From Ruditapes philippinarum (lineage: Eukaryota), in the NCBI RefSeq assembly GCF_026571515.1, contig NW_026852439.1, forward strand, positions 62,001 to 126,000: a stretch of 64,000 bases of DNA. The letters are read 5' to 3'. Within the stretch, counting starts at the first letter, position 1. Each line of letters starts with the position of its first letter. Below the pieces are notes generated by a model, which saw only the letters and a program-made list of their open reading frames with translations, did no database searches and was not told the DNA's origin. The position numbers and the translations under genes were made by a program. Shown piece by piece: positions 53,614 to 64,000 of the stretch.

Positions 53614-56600
53614 TAGTCCGATTAAAGTAAAATTTAACGTCAAACAAATTGCAACACAAGCTTTTTTATATTTTTGGTCTGTTATACACATCATGTAAAA
53701 CAGGTAAAAACCCTAAAAAAATCTAACCTTGGCAAAGCAGTAAAAAAGGCAATTCAAATTTTGCATTTGTTTCGAGTTTTTATATGGCTCTGCATGTACA
53801 CCATACACAGAGTTTTATACTGTAACCGGTGTCGACGTAAACAAAAAGTTATGAGGCCGCGCGATTTAAATAAATAAAATAAACACACTTACTACCTAGA
53901 GTTGGATTTAGAAGCTGTTGTGCGAAGTATGTATAAATTTTCATATTATATTTACGTGTATTTACAACTTTTAGCCTCGTACATGCCCAAATATCTAATA
54001 CAATGAATGAATTGTAATGGGTAATGCGTGTATATAAATCAGCGTTTGTCGTTTAAAACAGTAAAGATTTTTTCAATTTTCATGAGATATAACTAATCAT
54101 TAGTCTATATATTAACATTCATTTTGGTAATAAGATGTTTATGAAGTAGGAAAAACAAAAATAAACTATTTTAAGTTTATCCAGGGTAGCTTCAAAATGT
54201 AACTACGGAAGCGTGTTTGGGCAAAAAATGCACAAAATCTAATAAATGTATGATATTAATTAACAGATTATTAGTTTTTGGTATAAAAATGTCATTGTGT
54301 ATGATACATACTAAGTTTTCATTTTAATAACATTTGGAAGATAAGAATTGAAAGGTTATCTGTTTTACGTACTAGTGATATATGAGATGTCAGGGGAGTC
54401 AAAAACAGATACAGAATATACAATGTTCATATTGTTGTTGAGCTCCATGGTTTAATCAGAGACATAGATTACATGTTATCTATGTCTCTGGTTTAACTAA
54501 ATTGTGCTCCAAATATTGATGAGGAGCTATATTCGGAGTTAACTGTTGATTTTGCAGTGGTAATAGATCCCCATTTTTGAGTGTTAAATTCGTTGTACAA
54601 TTTTACAAACACATGACCATAAGGTAGTTTCGATACAAACGTAATGAGTTTAATGATGATGTTTGTGCTAATATAGATATCTGTATGTCCATCTACACCG
54701 TCTGTCTTTCTGTTTAAAAACATGTCTATCTGCCTTTCTGTCCGTCTGGCTCTGAGTTTTTTTGTCTTTACCAAAAAATAAAATTTGATAGTTGTAAAAC
54801 TTGATTCTGAGATACTATTAACTTGTGTAGAACATCTGCCTATCTTTAATAGGGTATGTCTATCTGTTTGTTTTCCTTTCCTTATGCTGTCCATCCTATA
54901 TTTATGAAAACTACAACATATGGTCTGTGAATCATATTGAAAGTATTGGCCTAAACGAACAGATAACTCATTTATATGGATATATATTAAAAGTGATTGA
55001 TAAATAGTTCCAGTGCTTTGTTTGATAAGCCAAAAATGAAAGCCCTGTCATACCTACAACCATGTGACCACAGGGGAAATGCCTCCTTTTATTGAATTCT
55101 GTTTCTCTCGTCAATATCAGTTACAGATGTTATTTAAATATCTGGTAAAAAAGTGATCCATCAAATGCATTAAAAAAGCAAATTTACATGAAAATTGCTG
55201 AGCCAGTTTAATTGAGTCTGTATATGAGGGATAATATAATGAAAAAGTGCAACATCCCTCATGCCCATAGAACCGGATTGGGCGGTACTAAATTCTCAAC
55301 ACTTAAAAGTGCTGGACTCAATGATCCCGAAATACCAGAAAAATATCATAACACTGAAGTTAAGTACGGGGCAACATTTTACGGCTGCCACACAGCACTT
55401 CACATCTGCTGTTGTGATGTATAAATATCTGGTAAAAAAGTGATCCCTCGGAAGCATTAAAAACAGCAAATTTACTGAAAATTGCAGACATGGTTTGATT
55501 GAGTCTGTGATCATGAAAGCTGTATTTGACGTTGACCATACGTTTATCTCTATCGTGCAACCAAATGTATGCATTTCTCTGAAGGACTCCACTTTTTGAG
55601 TAAAATTTATTTCTTTATTTTCATATGATGAACAGTATTATTTTTTTGTAATCTCTTTTTAATTCCATTTTAGATGACTGTATGTAAAGCCGAAATGTAA
55701 GAAAACAGTATTGTTATGAATACGACAAGAAGAGAAAACTGCAAGAGACCATAATATGATTAGAAAGTTTTCTTGTTTCTGAACGCCAACGCCGCCGATA
55801 GAGATCGCTTTGACGTCATAGTAACGCTTTTTTACAAAATAATGCTCCGGAAGTAAAGCTTACATTTTTAAATGTTTGCATACTAAAAATCATCAAGATC
55901 TGAGCTGTTGTCAAATTTCGGTCGGAAAGTATCGTCAGCTACCTTAAGACAATTGTGTAAGTTGCAGAAAGAACTTATACTTCGTGGCGATGTTGTCAGT
56001 AAAGTTGAAAACTTCGACTTTCATGTTTTAATCAAATCTTTGTGTAAAACAAGACACTTTAAGCGTAAAGTAAGGTCCTAGGAAGAATCAAAGGCGTAAA
56101 TGGCCTCCTGACAGCTAAAATACGTTACCATCATTGTTGTAACAGTAACAGTTGAACATTTCAAGACGTTCTTTTCATGAAAAATGCGAACACACAACTT
56201 GCAAATCTAGTGAAAAAGACCATCGAAAACAGCAGGAGAAGGCTTTTCAACCACTATTCAATACTTTGAAAGTTATTAAAAGGACACCATTTTTTTTAAT
56301 GTGACTAGGTGTAGCCGAACTAATGAGCATTATGAGAGACATATTATGTGATATGTGGAAATCACTCTTATATCTCTTTATATAATAAGGAAGAAAACAT
56401 AAATAGGTTGAACAAGATGTGATGGCATTCAAAGGTGAAATATTTTTTAAAGCAACTTAAATGATACATGACATAACATTGACATTTTGTACATATAAAA
56501 TTCTAATTTTGAACCATTACTATAGACACTACTACAGCTCATTTTCAGCATTATAAACGAAGATTTATTCTTAACTTACTTAAGTGTTTTGCAATATAGA

Positions 56601-57428
56601 TAGTTGGACAATACTGGCGATGATAAATGGAGTTATTTCTACTAAATCATGTTAAAAGTGATAGTTTGCATAACATTTATGGGTGATATTTGGATGGATG
56701 AGACTTTGGTAACGTACAAATACGTTAAATGACACAGCAAAAGACTATATAACGAGTTACTTTCAGAAGTTGAGTATATTACCAGGTGCAGTGTTTGTTC
56801 CTACGGATTTTAGGAAAAATAACTGAGTTTGTTCTCTTTATTTTCATAAATCTTTCAAAAATAATTAAAAAATGCTAGAATAATGTCAATGTAATTGATG
56901 TAACGTATGTTACATTTTGCTTTTAAAATGTCTTAAGTGATTAAGTTTCTTTATTTATATAAGCTTATGTGATATAAATATTATTTGAACCTCTTTTCAA
57001 TTGTAAATATTAGGTATTTTTAAGATAATGCAATTTGAACGTTTTGCATTATTATTATGAGTGGGTGGGGTAATAATCGTGTGTGTCACAAGTGAATAAA
57101 TAATAAAAAAAGGCCAAACCTGTTATTATTCATTGCAAATTTTATTTTTATGAACATCAAATACATGCTGGCTAAAAAACTACCAATCTATAACATAGAA
57201 AGACAAGACAGTCGCCACATATTAAACATAGAACGATATTATATTACGATTTGTATACCTGGACAGGTTCTCTTAAACTACTTGCCATAAGTCAAGTTTC
57301 CGAAGGTATATTTTTTAGGGTTTTACTACAAGGTCCATGCATATATATTGATTGCAAAATACTAAAGAAAGCTTGTGTTGCAATTTGTTTGATGTCATGC
57401 TACATATACTCATAACTTTAGTGGCCTA
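53614..57428 (+). mobile_element. Academ-like DNA transposon, decayed
   Basis: TAG...CTA termini; ~120-bp imperfect TIRs sharing tcaaacaaattgcaacacaagcttt and aaaaccctaaaaaa; 3-bp TSD GAA; empty site in copy B (~33360); transposase-like remnant KVLGRIKGVNGLLTAKIRYHHCC (56072-56140) and EKAF. Confidence 0.8.
55126..55512. repeat. ~100-bp direct repeat pair inside the Academ-like element
   Basis: taaatatctggtaaaaaagtgatcc...gcattaaaaa..gcaaatttac...attgagtctgt at ~55135 and ~55422. Confidence 0.85.
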
Positions 57429-57789
57429 GAACTGATTATTCTTCGTTTGCAATTTCTGGAGAAAAAAATTTTGTCATTAATTAAAGAAGATAAAAATGAA
57501 CTGTCTTAAATGTAATTATTCATCATTACCATTCTGCTAATAGGTAGGTTATTTTAAGACAGTTTAACTGTTTATTTCCTGTAAATTGTGTTGACTCTTG
57601 TGTTTCCACATGCTTTGGAAAAATTATTTTAAATGATCGTAGTATAAATAATGTATGACAGAAAAGTGTCGTCTATATGTAAACAAATGAACGGCAGAGA
57701 AATCGTTTTTTCCGAAACTGCCTGCACCAAATTGTCAATCCTTTACACTTTCAGGCAATTTCAGACAGAAAAAAAATGCAGGTAAGAAT

Positions 57790-58150
57790 TATCAATTCAA
57801 TACTATAGGGACGAAGGAAATTGCTACTTTTAGCAGAAATGTTAACCATAATGAGACAATGTGCAGAGCGCAAGTTTGTCCAACCTCAAATCAAGGTTAG
57901 GACCACAGTCATTATGTATGAGTTTTAAAATTGTGCCTCCGCTTTTTTAACCGATACAAGGGAAAGTTAAGCTAATTGGCAGAAAGTTCACGGACCATTG
58001 GATTTTGTCATGAATAACAAAACCACGATGGTTGAAGGTCGAAAGTACGGTCCTGAAAACACGAAGTTATATCGAGTTTTAACCATCGTTTTAGTTCGGG
58101 TGCGTGGATGGTAACTTGCCTTTTCCAGTACCGTCCACTACAGTCAATAA
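57790..58150. mobile_element. Degraded HINE-like remnant specific to copy C
   Basis: Absent from B; cataatgagacaatgtgcagagcgcaa...tcaaggttaggaccaca resembles the satellite unit of the element at 40169. Confidence 0.45.
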
Positions 58151-58652
58151 AACCGATCGTATTTAGTTTCCAGTCTTATTTCTCCAATATGTTATCATAT
58201 TAAGCACATGCATTATTTTACTTACTAGTATTGGTGATATTTGCTTTTATAGTTGCACACTCACAGTTACAAATGTCACTCTGATTCTATGAAGCCGCAA
58301 CACTTTGAATTAGCCATTCAATTCACTATTCCGAAATGCTTTTTGTATTCAACTAAATAAATTACAATCTGTTAATACATTAGTGAATTTAAGTAAAATT
58401 AATGACTTTAAATGAGTTAAATATCCATATATCACAATCAACGGATGCTATGCAAAGGCTTGTAGAATTATACTGATCGGAAGTAACATAATGTTTAAGC
58501 ATTTTAAAATAATATTTTACATACACATGTATTTCTGATAATGAAATTTTGAAACTCAAGAAATATATAGCGTGACTTATAACATTGTAAATAAAAAGTA
58601 TGTATCCTTTTGCAAGAAAGGTTCAAGTAAAATTATATTAGCTCCCAAGTTA

Positions 58653-60288
58653 TGCCTACGTCACATTACAAGCGGGGACCGGCCGATATAGAGGGATCGA
58701 TGGGACACCGTTGATAATTTGAGATTGGAGAAAAACATTTCAATCATGTCCGGGAAGAAGTGGGCGGTCATTTTCCCTCTGTGGTCAGTTAGGTATTCGG
58801 ACGATTTCCGAAGGGTACTCACCCAGTCACCCGGTGAAAACCCTTCGCGTCTTCTTTCTGGACACCGGTCGATATTCTAAAGGTACTAGTACCCGGCAGA
58901 CTACTGTACGATAAATGTCCAATTGCCTTCCGTTATTTGGCCTGTTTGCAACAATCGTACGGTCACGGTAAAGTATACGTGCGATATCTGGTCGGCTGTC
59001 GGACGGTATTCGTATGGCATGCTATACCATTTCACACCCCCTCTTTAGTTGGCATTTTTCCGTGCCTTCTTCTCCTCTGATTTCTCCCCCACCCCTTCTT
59101 TGCTTTCTGTTTTGGAAGGTAAATTACACTCTGAAATCAAAGTTTTCCATAAAAAATTGTAAATGAAACTTGTACACTTTTATAAACCTCCATGGAGTGT
59201 GTGAAAACTGAGAAAATATGTGTGTGTAATTGAGTTTCTAAATACTCTACGTCGGTTGCCCGTATAGGCGAGTCTTCCAGGAGAGTATTAGTCGTTCTAG
59301 TTGTTTGGGGACAGCGCAAGATACAGATAGCAAGATGCCCTAATTTCAGAAAAATATGAAAAACAAGATCAATAAGGAAGGCGGCGTTCAATGAACGCAA
59401 CCTCGACACTATCTAGCAACACAGAATGACCAACGTCAAAGAGCCAAGCAGAACCCCAAACAATCTTCTCCTTCTTTTGTACCTATCCAAGTGTTTAAGC
59501 ACTCATAAAGGGAACCTCGTCTGAAAGATTCCTAGTAATTTCAGTTGGTCATCCCGGGATTCGAACCCACAATGTTCAGATTACAAGTCTAGCGATTTAA
59601 CCAATAAGGCTCTGCACTCTGAGAATGATGGTGTTATCTATGATTTACCCTGAGGTTTTTGGCAGTAAACAAACTTGAATATACATACCTGAGCACAGTT
59701 CAGCCACCGCATCGTTCCTGGACAGTCTGTCAAGCAGTTAAACAGTAATAATCTCTTTCACTTTCGCAAGGTACTGATAACATCTGTACAACGAAAGTGA
59801 CCTTCACCGTCGTCCGAGAATTGAACACGGGTCAAAGTCATTGCCTGCCGTAAGGTCTATTTAATAACCCCCAACGCTATCCTTACGATCATTTTAGGAC
59901 CATACGTGCGATGTACTGAGTCCATCCGGGTCCCGGTCAGTAACCTGCCGAGACGCCTTCGGTAACCGCTCAGATACCGCTCGGAAACTGGAGGAATATT
60001 TGTTTCCCAGGAGGTAAAAATTCTAACCGGTATGTAACCGATAACAAAAGGTTTCCGGCCGGGTATCGGAGGTATTTTACCGTGTCTGCTACGTAGCGCT
60101 GGCAATGTACCGGATGCCGGAAGAAAATAACTCTGCATTAAATCACCGATTACCCGTACGGTGTCCCACCGGTCACTTGACACCGGAGGGTCGACGGCCG
60201 GAGACCTTTAAAAAAATTGTCAATTTCAGCCCGTTCAGGCATCGGTACTCCATCGTAAACCTAATCGGAGAGTAATGTGACGCAGGCT
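58653..60288. mobile_element. PIF/Harbinger-like non-autonomous element
   Basis: TIR gcctacgtcacattac / gtaatgtgacgcaggc; TTA/TAA flanks; empty TAA site in copy B (ctagTAAggtac, ~34600); GC-richer interior. Confidence 0.8.
59100..59620 (-). mobile_element. tRNA-derived SINE (Deu/Nin-like core?) nested in the Harbinger-like element
   Basis: Minus strand agccttattggttaaatcgctagacttgtaatctgaacattgtgggttcgaatccc (A/B boxes), then tctttcagacgaggttccc. The 3' boundary is uncertain. Confidence 0.55.
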
Positions 60289-60469
60289 TAAGGTACAGTG
60301 ATCGGAAATTACATGCGATTGTTATCGCAAGGCAGGGTAAATATTAGATTGTATCGTACGTTTACAATGATTTCGTTTATCTACTGTGGACAAAATAACC
60401 ACCCCACCAAAAAAAAATATAACAACCAATTGTGTCATAACTGAAATATATTTTAACTTTTTTATGAAC

Positions 60470-60690
60470 GGTGGCTTAGAGGTTGCGATTTCAAATCGCT
60501 TTAATTTACTCTCCGCTTTTGGGTTGCTTATAATACTGCTTGTATTTTTATGAGAGGAAGCTATCTTTGAGTAAGCATACGGACTATTTGTGCGGTTACA
60601 CAGACGTCCAAAAGACAATAGAAAACGAAGGCACTTTAATAAAGCAATATAATGAGAACAGTGTCGCGCGACTTATAAACTCACTTAACG
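60470..60690 (+). mobile_element. Meta-type SINE (duplicate of 34790-35015)
   Basis: Same position and sequence as in copy B. Confidence 0.75.
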
Positions 60691-62419
60691 AATTTTGTGT
60701 GCATATAAGACATAAGCGTGATATTGCAGTATTTGAAAAGTAGATACATATTTTAAACATTTTTTCCAAGATTTGTTGCCATCGGCTGAACGTGGATTTA
60801 AATACGATTTAATTGATTTACACTATAACTACTAGCCCAATCATTCTGTTTCCATTTCAGCCAGAATGGCTTTAACGAGCTTTAAATAAAGGTGTACAGT
60901 TATATAATTATTAAATAAAAGACAAAAAATCAATTTGCACGAATGTATGGAGAGTTTAAGAAAGTTACTGATTTGTTTGATATGATAAGATTATTATGAC
61001 ATGAAACATGCTTTTATTGACGAGTAAAACAAAACACATTCGCAATGCTAAAGGAGTTTAACAAACAGATTTCCAAGTAAAGAAGTTTCTATCTTTTAAC
61101 ATCGTAAATTCATCGGATAGAAGATTACGAACCATGAGTAATTTCATGTTAGACCGGGACAAAATAATCCCTGTAAATATCCATTTCTAAATTTAATCAA
61201 TCTTGTGGAACATTTGTAGAATTATTTATACCAAGACATTTTAACCAAATGAATACGTAATTTTTGAAAATATATTCACGTGTTTTCCAAATTAGCTTCA
61301 TGTATTTACAAACTAAACATATTGTAATGACAACACCTTTCAACTTCTATTTAAGTATTTGCATAGCTCAAAGCATCTATTATGTATCATTCACATTGCT
61401 GTTTTCAGACAATTGCATCGGTAAAATGATGCGCATTGATTTCATTAAAGTGTAACTTGAGCGCGCTTGATTTTTATGACTGGCGTAGAAATCAAATTGT
61501 AATTAATGTCTTGAGTTACGACATTTTTATATAATTAATCGGTGTTTTAGTTGATATCCTATCCAATTCCATCTCCGGTTTTATTGTTTTCAGACAATTT
61601 CCTTCGGTCAATTACTTATTGTATAATCTTGTTATAAAACTGTTCACATTATTTATTCATCTATTCATTGACGTGCGAATGAGTAAGCACGTTTAATCAA
61701 TTTTTTAAGTTTAAGTTTATGTCATTACAAAAACATTTAGGCACATCCGGCATCAAACATAAACAACTTGTTTCTTTCTTCAGAAACATGCATTTTATAA
61801 TATCTAATGGTGTGGGAACTTGTAAGATGCTAAGACTTGATGAAATAGCTCTTGTTTGGATAAATGTATGACTATGTGCATGTTATAAATCATAAAGACA
61901 TTGATTTTGACTTTAAAAACTTTACTTATTATATAATCACAATACCTAAACGAATCGCCAAATGCAAAAGAAAACATGTTGACTTAGCTTTGTGACCAAT
62001 ACGTATCTTTTAGAAAAAATATAAATGGACATAAACAAGCTTTTTAAAAATAAAGAAATACTGGGTTTTTAGGATTAACGGACCTTTGACAACAGTTCTT
62101 TTAAGGAGTATTACTTGTTTTTTTTATTGGTTATAATATCTTCTTACCATAACAGAAAAACTGTTGTTTGCGAATATATCGCAATATTCATGGAATATCA
62201 ATAAATTAATATACATGTATAATCTATTTTTATTCTTCTTTGTTTTGCCAAAGTTACTGGCAAAATGATCAAACATGAATCGTATTTTGAAACATATAAA
62301 TCATATAAATATCAAATAAGAATTTCTTTCGACAAGCATTTAACTTAATACATAATTTACGAATGTATTTATAATAAATGTTAAATGTTTAACTTGCTTG
62401 GAAATTGTAACAAAGAATG

Positions 62420-64000
62420 AAAACTTTAGAGAAATTAAGATGATAACATGTTTACGACTTAATGAGTAAATTGGCATCATCGAAAAAATAAATTAATATG
62501 ATTAAAAATATTTTTTACTTACATTTGCATATTGTGTGTACTTCTGTTTGATAGTTTATACAAACTGATCTACTTAATAGCTAGATTAGCAAAACAGTTC
62601 ATCAATGAAATGCAGTGAGAAATACATCTGTGTCCGTAGTTTTTCACATTAATTTTTTTAAAACAGCAAAAATTATGCAATGTTGGCCTTTTACACTTAA
62701 TATAATATTGTTAGATAAATGTCTTTTACCATTTTTTTTGTTAAAGTGATATCTTCTCCCGTCCCATTCCCATTTCAAATGTCTTTTGTCTAACTGCTAG
62801 ATCAAAGCTTCACTGCTGCTGTAAAATAAGAATAGAGTTATCTTGTTTATCGTTTGGCTTTGAAATATACATTATAAAAGTAAGATGAACGCGAAAAAAC
62901 GTCTCATTTATTATTTAAACTTGTGTGTACATACAGTCTGATTTTCTGCAGGCAATGGTTGTATTTTGAGCTTTTCAAGAAAACGCTGAGACAATTCCAT
63001 GGTCTAGAAGATGATTTATCACCTTACAAGCTAGGAAACTTATAAAATAAGTGAATATCTATAAATAAACTATGACACATCAAGATGTATAGTTCTCTCT
63101 TGCAAGAGGCAAATACTTAGTCGTGTTTTGGCAATTTGTGATCAATCAAATTTGGTTATTCATCTTACTCACATCATAATCTACTGGTTAGTTGCCATAA
63201 ACGATATCAATGCCTCCAACATTAAAGAAGTGAAAGCTTTACTGCTGTAAAATAAGAATATATTTATGCTGTTTATCGTGTCTTTGAAATTTACATCATT
63301 TAAGTAAGATGAACGCGAAAAAGTCTCATATATTATTTTAAATCATGTCTGCATACAGTCTGATTTCCTGCGGGCAATATTTGTATTTCGAGCTTTTCAA
63401 GAAAACGCCGAGACAGTATCAACGGCCTAGAAAATAATTAATCACGTTACAAGCTCGGAAACGTATGAAATAAGTGTAAACATCTACTAAATACCTGTTA
63501 GTGGACATAAACGATACCAATGCCTCAAACATTAATAAAGTCAACGACTCATTATGTGTGTTGCATTTGCATTGGATAAAGCTAGTTCTTTAAAAAATTT
63601 CAGTGTGATAGATTACAGTATTAAATAAATTTATTATAAGTACAAACGTGGAGAAATATGTACAGATATATCTTTAGTACTATATGATTCGCAAAAATGT
63701 CATCTAAGTCTTTTTAAGACGCTTTGATTCATTTAGACAGGAAACACGATACTACGTGTTTTTCTTTAAAAAAATCCTTTTTACAGGTCTGTTTTAAAGA
63801 AATGATTTTCAACATTCGTATAAATTATCATTGTTCTCTTAAATAATTTTTTGATCATGATGCAATCAGAATTATTGAAATAAAAAAGACATGACAGGAA
63901 CATGCGAGATCTTTCTTGTACAATTATCAAATATGCTCTCGTTGCTAACAAAAAAAACAACAACATGAAAATAAAAATAATAAATGCTGGTTTTGAGCAC
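62420..64000 (+). pseudogene. TLR pseudogene C1 (paralog of A1 and B1; runs off the window)
   Basis: Collinear with 130-1150 and 37480-38190; has an internal tandem duplication. Confidence 0.7.

Larger units (their letters stand above)
52300..57770 (-). pseudogene. TLR pseudogene T12' (block C) split by an Academ-like transposon
   Basis: Collinear with T12 on both sides of 53614-57428; TIR-like GYKFD, QLCI and LRGLMS..IE (52650-52335). Confidence 0.6.
58180..62380 (+). pseudogene. TLR pseudogene C0 (paralog of B0)
   Basis: Collinear with 34145-37000 once 58653-60288 is removed. Confidence 0.65.
52990..64000 (+). repeat. Segmental duplication copy C
   Basis: For example 33107-33195 is identical or nearly so to 53355-53445. 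Confidence 0.95.

Noticed and set aside
54204-54225. tacggaagc, a possible third IS3EU-like terminus
   Set aside because: Only 9 bp match and I found no partner end or TSD.
54493-54894. 133-aa ORF
   Set aside because: It derives largely from a degenerate (TGTC/TATC)n low-complexity tract inside the transposon.
59545-59620. tRNA-Thr gene (also tRNA-like sequence at 7411, 31600 and 44940)
   Set aside because: Stems are imperfect and the sequences continue into SINE bodies or are incomplete, so I treat them as SINE heads.
59857-60183. 108-aa ORF as a transposase
   Set aside because: It has no DDE or Myb motifs and lies in the GC-rich subterminal region of a non-autonomous element.
1-64000. 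TLRs intact under an alternative genetic code, or broken only by sequencing error
   Set aside because: All three stop types, many indels, TE insertions and inversions occur, and lesions are shared between duplicate copies.

Overview
This is AT-rich eukaryotic genomic DNA, most likely from a bivalve mollusc and possibly a venerid clam (inferred from tRNA-derived Meta-domain-type SINEs and a TCCG-microsatellite Helentron-type element). I find no intact protein-coding gene, and the supplied ORFs are chance ORFs or short in-frame pieces of decayed genes. Reading across stops and frameshifts on both strands suggests that most of the window is a tightly packed graveyard of intronless Toll-like receptor (TLR) pseudogenes. 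I count about 20 remnants with TIR motifs plus several LRR-only pieces. They generally run LRRNT-LRR-LRRCT-TM-TIR, are about 2-2.4 kb once insertions are removed, and lie head-to-tail and head-to-head, often only a few hundred bp apart. A multi-gene block is present three times (A <1-6775, B ~32770-43085, C ~52990->64000), and copies A and B share inactivating lesions, so dead genes were re-duplicated. Copy-specific events include an inverted TIR in A, an Academ-like and a Harbinger-like insertion in C, and a Helentron-type insertion in B. Two IS3EU-like MITEs with 6-bp TSDs lie in opposite orientation, one carrying a nested hairpin element. All pseudogene boundaries were read by eye and are approximate (about +/-100-200 bp). 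No alignment or database search was run.
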